Source: an uncultured Alphaproteobacteria bacterium
GTDB taxonomy: Bacteria; Pseudomonadota; Alphaproteobacteria; SMXQ01
Assembly (NCBI GenBank): GCA_963732875.1
Contig: CAVTBD010000001.1
Location: 20,780 to 84,779, forward strand
Length of the DNA stretch: 64,000 nucleotides
Direction: 5' to 3'
Below, piece by piece: positions 1 to 9,583 of the stretch. The translations under genes and the position numbers were made by a program. The notes below the pieces were generated by a model. It did not search any database and was not told where the DNA came from. It saw only the letters and a list, made by a program, of their open reading frames with translations. The first letter of the stretch is position 1; each line of letters starts with the position of its first letter.

Positions 1-296
1 TGTCGATCGTCTACGGCCTGCCCGACATCCACCAGCTGCGCATCGAGCAGGCGATCGCCACGTTCTCGCCCAACACGCTGTTCTCGGACGCGACCATCGC
101 CATCATGCACCCGGCGACGCGCGCGCTCGGCCTCGTGTTCCGTAGCCAGCTCGAGGGCGCGGTTCTGGGCGCGCCGCTGCCGCTGGGCCAGTCGCTGCTG
201 CTGGTGTGGCCGCAGATCACCGGCCTGATCGCCGCCACCATCGTGGTGTTCACGCTGACCTATGTGGCGTTCCAGCGCCAGGAAATCCGAGCGTAG
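1..296 (+). CDS. ABC-2 type transporter permease, C-terminal fragment (5' end outside window)
   Basis: The frame open from position 3 reads ...SIVYGLPDIHQLRIEQAIATFSPNTLFSDATIAIMHPATRALGLVFRSQLEGAVLGAPLPLGQSLLLVWPQITGLIAATIVVFTLTYVAFQRQEIRA*, a hydrophobic permease-like C-terminus. Confidence 0.4.
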   Translation, partial: SIVYGLPDIHQLRIEQAIATFSPNTLFSDATIAIMHPATRALGLVFRSQLEGAVLGAPLPLGQSLLLVWPQITGLIAATIVVFTLTYVAFQRQEIRA

Positions 297-315
297 GGGA
301 CGTTGAAGTCCCTTG

Positions 316-1226
316 TTAATTCTGTGCCGCGCCCAGCATGTTGGACAGGCTTGCGGCGGCCGTTTTCAACATCCTGACGGCGACACCGTTTTCATCAGGG
401 TCGAACGAGTATCTGAGCCGACCAGGGACAGGCCGTGGCAGGCGGCCGCCGGCCCCAAGACCGGTGCCACAACCGCCGAAAGCATGGGGTCGCGAAGCCC
501 TTCCGCCCGGGCGAAGCTGGCCCGCCGTGCTCCCCGTCTTATCGTGTCGATGTCGTTTGGTCCCAATCGCTGACCACGCGGCGCGCTTTAATTCCACGCT
601 CCGAGATCGCGATCGACGATGGATTGTGCGTCGGCTGAGCCCTGATGGGCCAGGAATATCCAACCGGTCGCCGTGGCGACCGTCGACAGATTTATGCCCT
701 CACGAATCCGGATGGCGATATCCAGTTGACCACGCTCTCCACGAATCACCGTTGGCCCATTCGTCCCCCACACGCACAGGATCGAAACGAGCCTCGTATC
801 GTCGGTAAGCCTTTGCATCACGTCCGAGGCCAGCTTGATGCTGTCGACCCGCCCGAATGCGAACAGGCCAAGCTCGAGGATCGCGGGGCCGAGATCGAAT
901 TTTCCGGACTTCTGGTCCTGCACCAGGAAGCCGCTCTGTGCCAGCGTTCCCACATAGCGTGATGCCCGGGTCACGGACATATCGCTGAAACGTGCGACCT
1001 CCGAGATCGAGACCGGCCCCTTCATCTGCGTGAAACTGCGGAGAATGGAAAGCCCGGTGGCGAGCGTCCTGCTACCCGCCCCTCGGGGCGGCGGGAGACG
1101 GGACTCCCGGAAAAGATTTTTTCCGGCTTCCTGAGGCGCTGCGCCCTGGCATTTCTCCCTCCCGATTTTACGAAGCGCGTCGGTTCGCACCGGCTCTTCA
1201 CGGCACCACTGTCCCAAGCCAACCAC
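316..1226 (-). CDS. IclR-family transcriptional regulator, apparently frameshifted twice near the C-terminus
   Basis: ORF 588..1226 has the IclR HTH (LATGLSILRSF...ISEVARFSDMSVTRASRYVGTLAQSGFLVQD) and effector-domain start (LSTVATATGWIFLAH). The IclR-like C-terminal continuation lies in two other minus frames: 366..566 (GLRDPMLSAVVAPVLGP...GLSLVGSDTR) and 316..~400 (...VRMLKTAAASLSNMLG). Confidence 0.55.
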
Positions 1227-1267
1227 TGCCCCCCGTTGACTTATCCGCTTGCGCCGGACTAGAAGGA

Positions 1268-1312
1268 TATTATCAGAAATAAAAATAATTTATCAAAATA
1301 TAATAAATAAGG
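1268..1312. promoter_or_regulatory. AT-rich divergent promoter/operator region between the IclR gene and the Rieske oxygenase gene
   Basis: tattatcagaaataaaaataatttatcaaaatataataaataagg is about 90% AT in a ~68% GC genome, preceded by TTGACT and followed by an AGGAG-like SD before ATG 1371. Confidence 0.4.
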
Positions 1313-1370
1313 AGCGGCCGCGTCTCCCCCCGGGAAGCGTTCGGCCGAACGAGAAAACGAGGGCACATCC

Positions 1371-2515
1371 ATGAACGCGGCCGACGGCACAGACTTCATT
1401 CATACCGGGCCGGGAACTCTCGCGGGCCGCTACCTCCGGAGCTTTTGGCAACCGATCCTGCTGTCCGAAGAGCTCCTACCGGAACGACCGCTGCGCGTTT
1501 ACGTCATGGGCGAATGGCTGACCGCTTACCGGGGCGCGAGCGGTCGCGCCTACGTGACGGAAGACCGGTGCCCGCACCGCTCTACGCAACTGTCCCTCGG
1601 CTGGGTCGAGGGCGACAACCTCCGCTGCTTCTATCATGGCTGGATGTTCGGCCCCGAAGGGCGGTGCGTCGAACAGCCGGCCGAGGGCAACAACACCCTG
1701 AAGGACCGGATCAGAATCCTGGCCTGCCCCGTGCGTGAATACATGGGGATGGTGTTCGCCTATCTGGGGGAAGGCGAGGCCCCCGAGTTTCCGTTGCTTC
1801 ACGGAAATCGACCTCGACCAGGATACGGTCTTCTTCCGGCGCCACGACGTGCCGTGCAACTACTTTCAGCGCATCGAGAACGACCTCGACGAGCTGGCAC
1901 ATCCACTTTGTCCATCGTGTCTCGACCAAGAAGGTTGGGCTCGACGAAATTCCGGAACTCCAGATTTCGGAGACGGAATACGGTGTCCTGCGCAAAGGTG
2001 TCCGGATCGACGAAGGCAAGAACGTCACGCGCACCGGACATTTCCTCATGCCCAACATCCTGATGGTGGTGACGCCGGGTCGGCCCGCCCGTCCCGAATG
2101 GCAGGTCCACATTGCCTGGCGCGTGCCGGTCGACGACGAGAACATGTGGACGTTCGTCGTCACGGCCCGCAAAGGCAGGGGCGGTGGCCTGCAGCAGCGC
2201 CCGCACGTCGAACCCGACCCCATGTACTACACCAACGAGATTCTCGCCGGGCGCATGCGGGTCCAGGACATCGACCCGGACTATCCCGCTCTGTTCAACG
2301 TGCAGGATAACGTCGCCCTCGGCGGACAGGGAGCCATCGTCGACCGCTCCCGTGAACAGCTCGGCCGATCGGACAAGGGCGTCGTCTTCATCCGGCGCAT
2401 CTGGATGCGCGAGCTGCGCGCCCTGGCGGAAGGCAAGCCCATGAAGGCCTGGCGCCGCCCGCCTGAGAACATGCTGGATTACACCTCCAGGGAAATGGGA
2501 CTGGCGATGTCGTGA
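1371..2515 (+). pseudogene. Rieske non-heme iron oxygenase alpha subunit (VanA/phthalate-dioxygenase-like), disrupted by two frameshifts
   Basis: The N-terminal frame (1371..~1800) has the Rieske motif CPHR..(16)..CFYHGW and is about 60% identical to the intact paralog at 4038. Homology continues in frame +1 (NYFQRIENDLDE...) and frame +2 (2048..2515, HIAWRVPVDDE...MRELRALAEGKPMKAWRRPPE). Confidence 0.7.
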
Positions 2516-2595
2516 TCCGACGGTACCGCACACAACAATTCAAACCATAAGACCAAAAACAGAAGGAGACTTCAGATGGAGGCAAGACCTCACGT

Positions 2596-3678
2596 GTGGC
2601 CGTGGCCGCTCTCGCCATTGCGGTAATGATGGGCTTCGCAGGACCCGCCAGCGCCGCGGACCTGCCCAAGGCGACGCAGGACATTCTCGCACATATGAAG
2701 CTGAACGCCTCCGTGCTCGACGGCCTTGACCGGGAACTCGCCGTTCCCGAGGCCTGGATCGACGGCGCGAAGAAGGAGGGCGTGGTTCGCATGGTCTCGA
2801 CCTTCGACACCGCGCAGTACCGCAAGCTGATCCGGCCGTTTCACGAGCGCTACCCGTTCATCAAGGTCGAGTACAACCGGTCGTCCTACCAGCAGCGGGT
2901 CACCAACGTCCTCATTTCCTACAAAGAAGGCCGCTACACGACCGACGTCGTCAGCAGCTTCGGCGGCGGCATCGCACTTTTCCGCAAGGCGAATGCCCTG
3001 GTGGACCTCAGGAACCTGCCCGGCTACCAGAACATGGACGCCAAATCGCGCAGCCCGGACGGCTTCTGGATCGGCTACCGCCGTCAGTACTTCTGCACTG
3101 CCTACAACACCAACCTGGTCAAGAAGGCCGACCTGCCGAAGAAGTGGACCGACATCCTCGACAACCCGGCGTGGCGGAACGGCAACCTCGCCGTCAACAA
3201 CTTGCCCCAGGTGTGGCTACTGCCGCTGTGGGGCACGTATGGGGAAAGCTATGTCCGGGATTTCGTTTCCCGGCTGTTCGACAACGTCAAGCCGCAGGTC
3301 CGCAAGGAAGGCGCCAATGCCATGGTGGGGCTTACCGTCGCCGGTGAATTCCACATGGCCATCCCCGCGTCGGGCGCGCGCACCTACCAGATGCTTCAGA
3401 AGGGTGCGCCCATCGGGTTCCACTGTCCGGAACCCGTGCCCACGCTGGTGGCCGGTATGGGCATCGTGCGTGGCAACCCGCACCCCAACGCGTCACGCAT
3501 ACTCGTGAACTGGTTCGTGTCCAAGGAGGGCCAGGCGGCGTTCTATTCGGCGACCTTCTCGCCGCTCGCGCACAAGGACCTGCAGAGGCGCGAATCTTGC
3601 TGGCCGGACACTATGAGACCTGAGGGGGCGTCCACGCAATCTCAATCAATATTTGTATCTTTATTACCTATTATATAA
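2596..3678 (+). CDS. ABC transporter periplasmic substrate-binding protein (family-1 SBP, iron/thiamine-type fold)
   Basis: Signal peptide AALAIAVMMGFAGPASAADLP followed by an SBP-like sequence. GTG start. The C-terminal ~30 aa look aberrant. Confidence 0.55.
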   Translation: MAVAALAIAVMMGFAGPASAADLPKATQDILAHMKLNASVLDGLDRELAVPEAWIDGAKKEGVVRMVSTFDTAQYRKLIRPFHERYPFIKVEYNRSSYQQRVTNVLISYKEGRYTTDVVSSFGGGIALFRKANALVDLRNLPGYQNMDAKSRSPDGFWIGYRRQYFCTAYNTNLVKKADLPKKWTDILDNPAWRNGNLAVNNLPQVWLLPLWGTYGESYVRDFVSRLFDNVKPQVRKEGANAMVGLTVAGEFHMAIPASGARTYQMLQKGAPIGFHCPEPVPTLVAGMGIVRGNPHPNASRILVNWFVSKEGQAAFYSATFSPLAHKDLQRRESCWPDTMRPEGASTQSQSIFVSLLPII

Positions 3679-3933
3679 TCCGCCTGGCGCAAGAGCAGCG
3701 GCGAAGGCGAGGAAAAGACTGTTTCCGTCAAGGTCGAGGCCGTCAAGAAGGGGGGCCGTGAGGTCACCTTTATGACCGCCGGCAAGAAGGGGAGCGTCGG
3801 CATCAGCGCCCGGAGCACGAAAGTCACGGTCAACGGCAAGCCCGTCCGCCGCACCTCGTTAAAGCCCGGCATGACCTGCGACGTGACCTACCACGGTAAC
3901 GGTAGCCAGGCGAGCGTGATCGCCTGCAAATAG
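3679..3933 (+). other. Small ORF fragment (~53-84 codons), in the same frame as and immediately after the SBP stop; no good start codon
   Basis: ...KTVSVKVEAVKKGGREVTFMTAGKKGSVGISARSTKVTVNGKPVRRTSLKPGMTCDVTYHGNGSQASVIACK*. Preceded by an anomalous AT-rich junction at 3640-3676. Confidence 0.2.
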
Positions 3934-4037
3934 GCGGCAACCTGTTCCCGCCGTCGCGCTATCTCGCCTATTGAGCGGGCGCGGCGGCGGAAGGATGATC
4001 CCGTCCTGACGGGTCGGCAACACCGAGAGATGTCACC

Positions 4038-5273
4038 ATGACCAAGGCAAATACGGATTTCGTGCATGTCGGCCCCGGCACGCCCGCGGGCCGGTGGCTG
4101 CGCCGCTTCTGGCAGCCGGTCTATGTCGCCGCACGCCTGGAACCGGGCTGGGCGAAACGCATACAGATCATGGGCGAGCACTTCACGCTCTACCGCGGCG
4201 ACACAGGCACGGCGCACGTCATCGCAGACCGTTGCCCGCACCGCAAGACGCAGCTCTCGACCGGCTGGATCGAAGGCGACGACATCCGGTGCTTCTACCA
4301 CGGCTGGAAATTCGCCGGCGATGGCAGATGCCTGGAAACGCCAATGGAGCTCGATGCGGTCAGGCAGAAGGCCTGTATCCGCTCTCATCCCGTCCGGGAA
4401 TATCTCGGGCTGATCTTCGCTTATCTCGGCGAAGGGGAGCCGCCGGCATTCTCTGAGTTTCCCGAGCTCGAGGAGGACAACGGCTATCCGCTCGCGGTGA
4501 CGCGCACGGAGCTGAGATACAACTACTTCCAGCGCGTGGAAAATGACCTCGACGAGGCGCACGTGCACTTCGTGCACAAGTATTCGGCCGAGAACACGAA
4601 CGAGTTCGGGACCCTGCCCGAAGGCTTCCGCGCCGAGGAAACCGACTACGGCATGCTGCGGCTGACGACACGGGACCGCAACGGCAAGAAGGACGTGCGC
4701 CGCAAGTACTTCCTCATGCCCAACGTCACGCTGACCTCGCCACCGCCGGCGACCGAGCTGGACATCTGGGCACCGCATCTCGCCTGGCGCGTGCCGATCA
4801 CGGACGAACTGACCATCAGCTTCGTCGTCACCCGCAAGAAGCCGCGCCCGCCGAGCGTCGCGTCCCGGACGTACCAGCCGGCGCAGGAGATCGTCGACGC
4901 CATCCTGGACGGCCGCATGCGCATGCGGGACGTCGACCCCGACCATCCCCGCCTGTTCTTCATACAGGACACCGTCGCGTGCAGCGGCGTGGGCCGCCTG
5001 CACGAGGACCGGGAGAACGAAATGCTGGGGCGCTCGGACGCGGCCGTGGCGCTGCTGCGCCGCATCTACGCGCGGGAAATCGAGGCCCTGCAGGAGGGCC
5101 GCCTGATCAAGCAATGGTGCCGCCCGCCCGAAAAACTGGTGGTCGGCTTCTTCCCGGCGAGCGCGACGGAATTGCCTTTTCGACTTGCCATCAGGCGCGC
5201 AAGGTCGCGCCCACGGTCTTCTCGGCGGCGGCGACGATCTTCTTCGCCACCGCCTCGATCTCGGCCTCGGTGA
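4038..5273 (+). CDS. Rieske non-heme iron oxygenase alpha subunit (VanA-like), intact paralog
   Basis: CPHRKTQLSTGWIEGDDIRCFYHGW Rieske motif and NYFQRVENDLDEAHVHFVH mononuclear-iron motif. The C-terminal ~50 aa (RS/RP-rich) extend past the point where the paralog stops and overlap pheT convergently. Confidence 0.8.
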   Translation: MTKANTDFVHVGPGTPAGRWLRRFWQPVYVAARLEPGWAKRIQIMGEHFTLYRGDTGTAHVIADRCPHRKTQLSTGWIEGDDIRCFYHGWKFAGDGRCLETPMELDAVRQKACIRSHPVREYLGLIFAYLGEGEPPAFSEFPELEEDNGYPLAVTRTELRYNYFQRVENDLDEAHVHFVHKYSAENTNEFGTLPEGFRAEETDYGMLRLTTRDRNGKKDVRRKYFLMPNVTLTSPPPATELDIWAPHLAWRVPITDELTISFVVTRKKPRPPSVASRTYQPAQEIVDAILDGRMRMRDVDPDHPRLFFIQDTVACSGVGRLHEDRENEMLGRSDAAVALLRRIYAREIEALQEGRLIKQWCRPPEKLVVGFFPASATELPFRLAIRRARSRPRSSRRRRRSSSPPPRSRPR

Positions 5274-7593
5274 GGGTCGCCTTGGCGGGCTGGAGCGTCA
5301 CCGCAACCGCGAGCGACACCTTGCCGTCGGGCACGCCCTTGCCGGCGTAAACGTCGAACAGGTCGACCGCGACGATCAGCGCCTTGTCGGCGCCCCGGAT
5401 CGCGCGCACCAGCGCTTCCGCCGCCACGCCCGCGTCCACCACGAAGGCGAAGTCGCGCGCGACCGACTGGAACGGCGAGGGTGCGAACGGCGGCCGGGTC
5501 TTGCCACCCTTCACCTTCGGTTCCGGAATCGCGTCCAGCATCACCTCGAAGCCGACCACCGGGCCCGTCACGTCCATCGCCGCAAGCACGCCCGGATGGA
5601 TCTCGCCGAACGCCGCGAGCACGGTCTTGGGTCCGAGCCGGAGCGTGCCCGAGCGGCCGGGGTGGTACCATTCGGGCGCTTCCGTGAAGGTCTGGAGCGA
5701 GGCCACCGGGGCGCCGCATTCGGCCAGCGCGGCGAGCGCATCGGCCTTCGCGTCGAACGCATCGACCGCGCGGCGTGGTACGGCCCAGTGGCGCGGACCG
5801 GCGGCGCCCGCGCGGATACCGCCCGCCACCAGCGCCTGACCGGCGGGGGTGGCGTCGGCATAGGCCGGGCCGACCTCGAACAGGGCCGCGTCCGGGAAGC
5901 CGCGCGCGGCATTGCGCCCGGCGGCCGCGATCAGGGCCGGCAGGGTCGAGGGCCGCATGTCTGTGAGCTCGGATGAAATCGGGTTGAGCAGCTTGAGCTC
6001 GGCCGCGCCGCCGCCGAACAGCCGGGCTGCGCGGTCATCCACGAACGAGAAGGTGACCGCCTCCAGCAGCCCGCGCGCGGCGAGCGCCCGCTTGGCGAGC
6101 GCGCGGCGGCGCTGGCGCGGGGTCTCGGCGGGCTTGGCGAGCGCCCCGGGGCGCGTGAGCGACACCGACGGAATCGAATCGTAGCCGGCGACGCGCAGCA
6201 CCTCCTCCACCAAGTCGGCGGGGATCGAGACGTCGGCCCGCCACGACGGCACCCGCACGTCGAGGCCGCCCGCGCCAGGCTTCGCCTCGAAGCCGAGCGC
6301 GGTCAGGATCTCGACGATGCGCGCCTCCGGCATGTCGACGCCGCCGCGCCTGTGCACGTCGGCGGGCGCGAAGCGGATCACGGCGTCGCGCACCGGCGCG
6401 GCGCCTGCCACCACCAGCTCGGACGCCTCGCCGCCGCAAATCTCCAGTATCAGCTGCGTCGCCGCCTCGATGCCGTCCTCGGCGGACGCCGGATCGACGC
6501 CGCGCTCGAAGCGGTAGCGCGCGTCCGATTCGATGCCGAGGCGACGCCCGGTGGCGGCGATGGCGGTGGGCTCGAACCACGCGGATTCGAGCAGCACGTT
6601 GACCGTGCCCGCGGTGCAGCCCGACGATTTACCGCCCATGATGCCACCCAAGGACAGTACGCCGTCCGCGTCGGCGATCACCACGGCGCCTTCGCCAAGC
6701 TCGTAGTTGCGCCCGTCGAGGGCCGCGAGCGTCTCGCCCGCACGCGAGAACCGCACGGTGAGGTTGCCGGCGATGGTATCGGCGTCGAACACGTGGAGCG
6801 GGCGGCAGCGGTCCATCAGCATCAGGTTGGTGATGTCCACCAGCGCCGAGATCGGGCGCAGCCCCACGTCGGTGAGCTTCTTCCGGAGCCAGTCCGGGCT
6901 CTCGCAATTCTTCACGCCCCTGATGTAGCGCCCGATGAAATGCGGGCAGGCGACGTTGCCGGCGGGGAAGTCGAGGGCAATCCCGATCGGGCTCTTGAAC
7001 GTGCCCTTGATCTGAGCCGGTATCATTGGGGCGAGCGTGCCGAGGCCGCGCGCGGCGAGGTCGCGGGCGATGCCGCGTATACCGAGGCAGTCGGCCCGGT
7101 TGGGCGTCACCGCGATGTCGATCACCGGCTGGTCGAGGCCGAGCGCGTCCGCCGCCGGGGCACCGATGTGCGCGTCCGCCGCCAGCTCGATGATGCCGGC
7201 ATGGTCGTCGCCGATCTCGAGCTCGCGCGCCGAGCACATCATCCCGGCCGATTCGACGCCGCGTATCTTGGCCTTGCCAAGCGTCACGTCGAGGCCGGGC
7301 ACGTAGCTGCCGGGCGCCGCGAACACGCCCCTGAGGCCCGCGCGCGCGTTGGGCGCGCCGCACACCACCTGCACCGTCTCAGTGCCGGTGTTGACCTTGC
7401 ACACCCTGAGCTTGTCGGCGTCGGGGTGCGGCCCCACCTCGACGATCTCGGCCACCGTGAAGGCGGCGAGCTTCGAGGCGCGGTCGTCGATCCCCTCCAC
7501 CTCGAGGCCGAGCGCGGTGAGCGCGTTGGCGATCTCGGCGACCGAGGCCTTGGTGTCGAGGTGCTCGGCGAGCCAGGCGGGGGTGAACTTCAT
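5191..7593 (-). CDS. pheT: Phenylalanine--tRNA ligase beta subunit
   Basis: 800 aa, [13 protein letters not shown]... B3/B4, tRNA-binding and anticodon-binding domain architecture. Start overlaps the pheS stop. Confidence 0.95.
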   Translation of the reverse strand: MKFTPAWLAEHLDTKASVAEIANALTALGLEVEGIDDRASKLAAFTVAEIVEVGPHPDADKLRVCKVNTGTETVQVVCGAPNARAGLRGVFAAPGSYVPGLDVTLGKAKIRGVESAGMMCSARELEIGDDHAGIIELAADAHIGAPAADALGLDQPVIDIAVTPNRADCLGIRGIARDLAARGLGTLAPMIPAQIKGTFKSPIGIALDFPAGNVACPHFIGRYIRGVKNCESPDWLRKKLTDVGLRPISALVDITNLMLMDRCRPLHVFDADTIAGNLTVRFSRAGETLAALDGRNYELGEGAVVIADADGVLSLGGIMGGKSSGCTAGTVNVLLESAWFEPTAIAATGRRLGIESDARYRFERGVDPASAEDGIEAATQLILEICGGEASELVVAGAAPVRDAVIRFAPADVHRRGGVDMPEARIVEILTALGFEAKPGAGGLDVRVPSWRADVSIPADLVEEVLRVAGYDSIPSVSLTRPGALAKPAETPRQRRRALAKRALAARGLLEAVTFSFVDDRAARLFGGGAAELKLLNPISSELTDMRPSTLPALIAAAGRNAARGFPDAALFEVGPAYADATPAGQALVAGGIRAGAAGPRHWAVPRRAVDAFDAKADALAALAECGAPVASLQTFTEAPEWYHPGRSGTLRLGPKTVLAAFGEIHPGVLAAMDVTGPVVGFEVMLDAIPEPKVKGGKTRPPFAPSPFQSVARDFAFVVDAGVAAEALVRAIRGADKALIVAVDLFDVYAGKGVPDGKVSLAVAVTLQPAKATLTEAEIEAVAKKIVAAAEKTVGATLRA

Positions 7594-8667
7594 CGCGCGA
7601 GCCCCCGGGCGAGCGACGGCTGGTCGAGGCAGGCAAAGCCGTAGTGGCGCAGCCAGCGGATGTCGGCGTCGAAGAAGGTCCGCAGGTCAGGGATGCCGTA
7701 CTTGAGCATGGCGATGCGCTCGACCCCCATGCCGAAGGCGAAGCCCTGCCATTCGTCGGGGTCGAGCCCGCAATTGGCGAGCACGTTGGGATGGACCATG
7801 CCGGCGCCGAGAATCTCAAGCCAGCCTTCGCCCGCGCCGATCTTCAACTCGCCACCGCCGCGCGAGCAGCCGATGTCGACCTCGCACGACGGCTCGGTGA
7901 ACGGGAAATAGCTCGGCCGGAAGCGCAGCGGCAGGTCGTCCACCTCGAAATAGGCGCGACAGAAATCCTCAAGGCAACCCTTGAGGTGGCCCATGTGGGT
8001 CGCCCTGTCGATCACCAGCCCCTCGATCTGGTGGAACATGGGCGTGTGGGTCATGTCGGAATCGCAGCGATACGTGCGCCCCGGCGCGATGATGCGGTGC
8101 GGCGCCGGCTTGGTCATCATGGTGCGGATCTGCACCGGCGAGGTATGGGTGCGCAGCAGCATCGGGCGCTCGTCGGCGGCGGGCGGCAGATAGAAGGTGT
8201 CGTGCATCTGCCGCGCGGGATGGGCTTCCGGTATGTTGAGGGCGGTGAAGTTGTGGAAGTCGTCCTCGATGTCGGGGCCTTCCGCCACCTGGAAGCCCAT
8301 GTCGCCGAAGATGGCGACGAGCTCGTCCATGGTCTGGCTGATGGGATGGAGGCGGCCGTCCGCCTCGGGCCGCGCCGGCAGGGTGACGTCGATGCGTTCC
8401 TCGGCAAGCCTTGAGTTCGAGCGCGGCACGGCCGAGCGCGGCCTTGCGCGCCTCGAGCGCGGTCGCGACCGCGTCCTTGACCGCATTGAGCGCCTGGCCC
8501 GCGTCCTTGCGTTGGTCCGCCGGCAGCGCGCCCAGCCCCTTCATGGCCTCGGTGATGGAGCCCTTGCGGCCGAGCGCGGCGACGCGGATCTCCTCCAGCG
8601 CGTCGAGGCTCTCCGCCCCGGCGACCGCCTTCAGAATCCCGGCCCTGAGGGTGTCGGCATCGGCCAT
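7590..8667 (-). CDS. pheS: Phenylalanine--tRNA ligase alpha subunit, with an apparent +/-1 frameshift near 8405-8412
   Basis: N-terminal ([37 protein letters not shown]...) is in ORF 7969..8667. The catalytic core (…[41 protein letters not shown]...) is in ORF 7590..8486. The junction reads ELKA|RLAEERIDV. Confidence 0.85.
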
Positions 8668-8689
8668 GATAGTACTGCGCGTCCCTGAT

Positions 8690-8738
8690 TTCGTTTCGTT
8701 TTTAATAAGACAAAAGGGGCTGTCGAGACAGCCCCTTC
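8690..8738 (-). terminator. Rho-independent terminator between rplT and pheS
   Basis: Minus strand AAGGGGCTGTC-tcg-GACAGCCCCTT followed by TTGTCTTATTAAAAACG. Confidence 0.6.
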
Positions 8739-8777
8739 GTCACTTGAACTTTATATTGGCCGGCGTGGGCTGATCGC

Positions 8778-9140
8778 TTACGCGGCCTGAAGCGCCGCGC
8801 GGGCCTGTTCCACGATGGCCGTAAACGCCGCCGGATCGCGCGCGGCGATGTCGGCGAGCACCTTGCGGTCGAGCTCGATGCCCGAACGCTTGATGCCGTT
8901 CATCAGCTCCGAATAGGTGAGCCCGTTCTCGCGCGCGCCGGCATTGATGCGGCGGATCCACAGCGAGCGGAACTCGCGCTTCTTGGCCTTGCGGTCGCGG
9001 TAGGCGTAGCGCAGGCCCTTCTCGACCTTCTCGATGGCGATACGATAGCAGTCGCTGGCGCGACCGCGGTAGCCGGAGGCGAGATCGAGGATCTTCTTGT
9101 GGCGGGCGTGTGTGGTGACGCCCCTCTTGACGCGTGCCAT
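8778..9140 (-). CDS. rplT: 50S ribosomal protein L20
   Basis: [35 protein letters not shown]..., about 120 aa. Confidence 0.95.
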   Translation of the reverse strand: MARVKRGVTTHARHKKILDLASGYRGRASDCYRIAIEKVEKGLRYAYRDRKAKKREFRSLWIRRINAGARENGLTYSELMNGIKRSGIELDRKVLADIAARDPAAFTAIVEQARAALQAA

Positions 9141-9151
9141 GGGTCTCTTCC

Positions 9152-9349
9152 TTAGGCGTAGGGGAGGAACTGCTTGATGATGTTGGCGTCGCCCTTGGCC
9201 AGGATGAAGGTGCCGCGTGCGGTACGCTTCATCTTCTGGGAGCGCTTGCGCAGGTTGTGGCGCTTGTAGGCCACGTTGCCGCGCACCTTGCCGGTGCCGG
9301 TGGTGCGGAAGCGCTTCTTGGCGCCGCTCTTGGACTTCAGCTTCGGCAT
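9152..9349 (-). CDS. rpmI: 50S ribosomal protein L35
   Basis: [42 protein letters not shown]..., 65 aa. Confidence 0.95.
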   Translation of the reverse strand: MPKLKSKSGAKKRFRTTGTGKVRGNVAYKRHNLRKRSQKMKRTARGTFILAKGDANIIKQFLPYA

Positions 9350-9583
9350 TGCCGGGAATCCTCGGGATTACGGTCGAAATACGGCCCGCCACCGGCCGGC
9401 CCCATGGCCGCCGGGCGGAGCGCAGGGTTATAGCGGGGACCGCCCCGGAATGCAAGGCCCCCCGGGCTGCCCAGGGCCACCCCGGGACGGCCGGGCCCCG
9501 GAATCCGCCGCCAAGGCTGTCCCGGCTCTCGACCCCGAATACATCTTGCGCTACAAGAACTTAGGAATCCTCGGGAATCCCGC

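Noticed and set aside
5191-5273. Genuine functional 83-bp convergent overlap of the Rieske oxygenase and pheT
   Set aside because: The overlapping oxygenase tail is low-complexity ([23 protein letters not shown]) and absent from the paralog. More likely the natural stop was lost by an indel or mutation than a conserved overlap.
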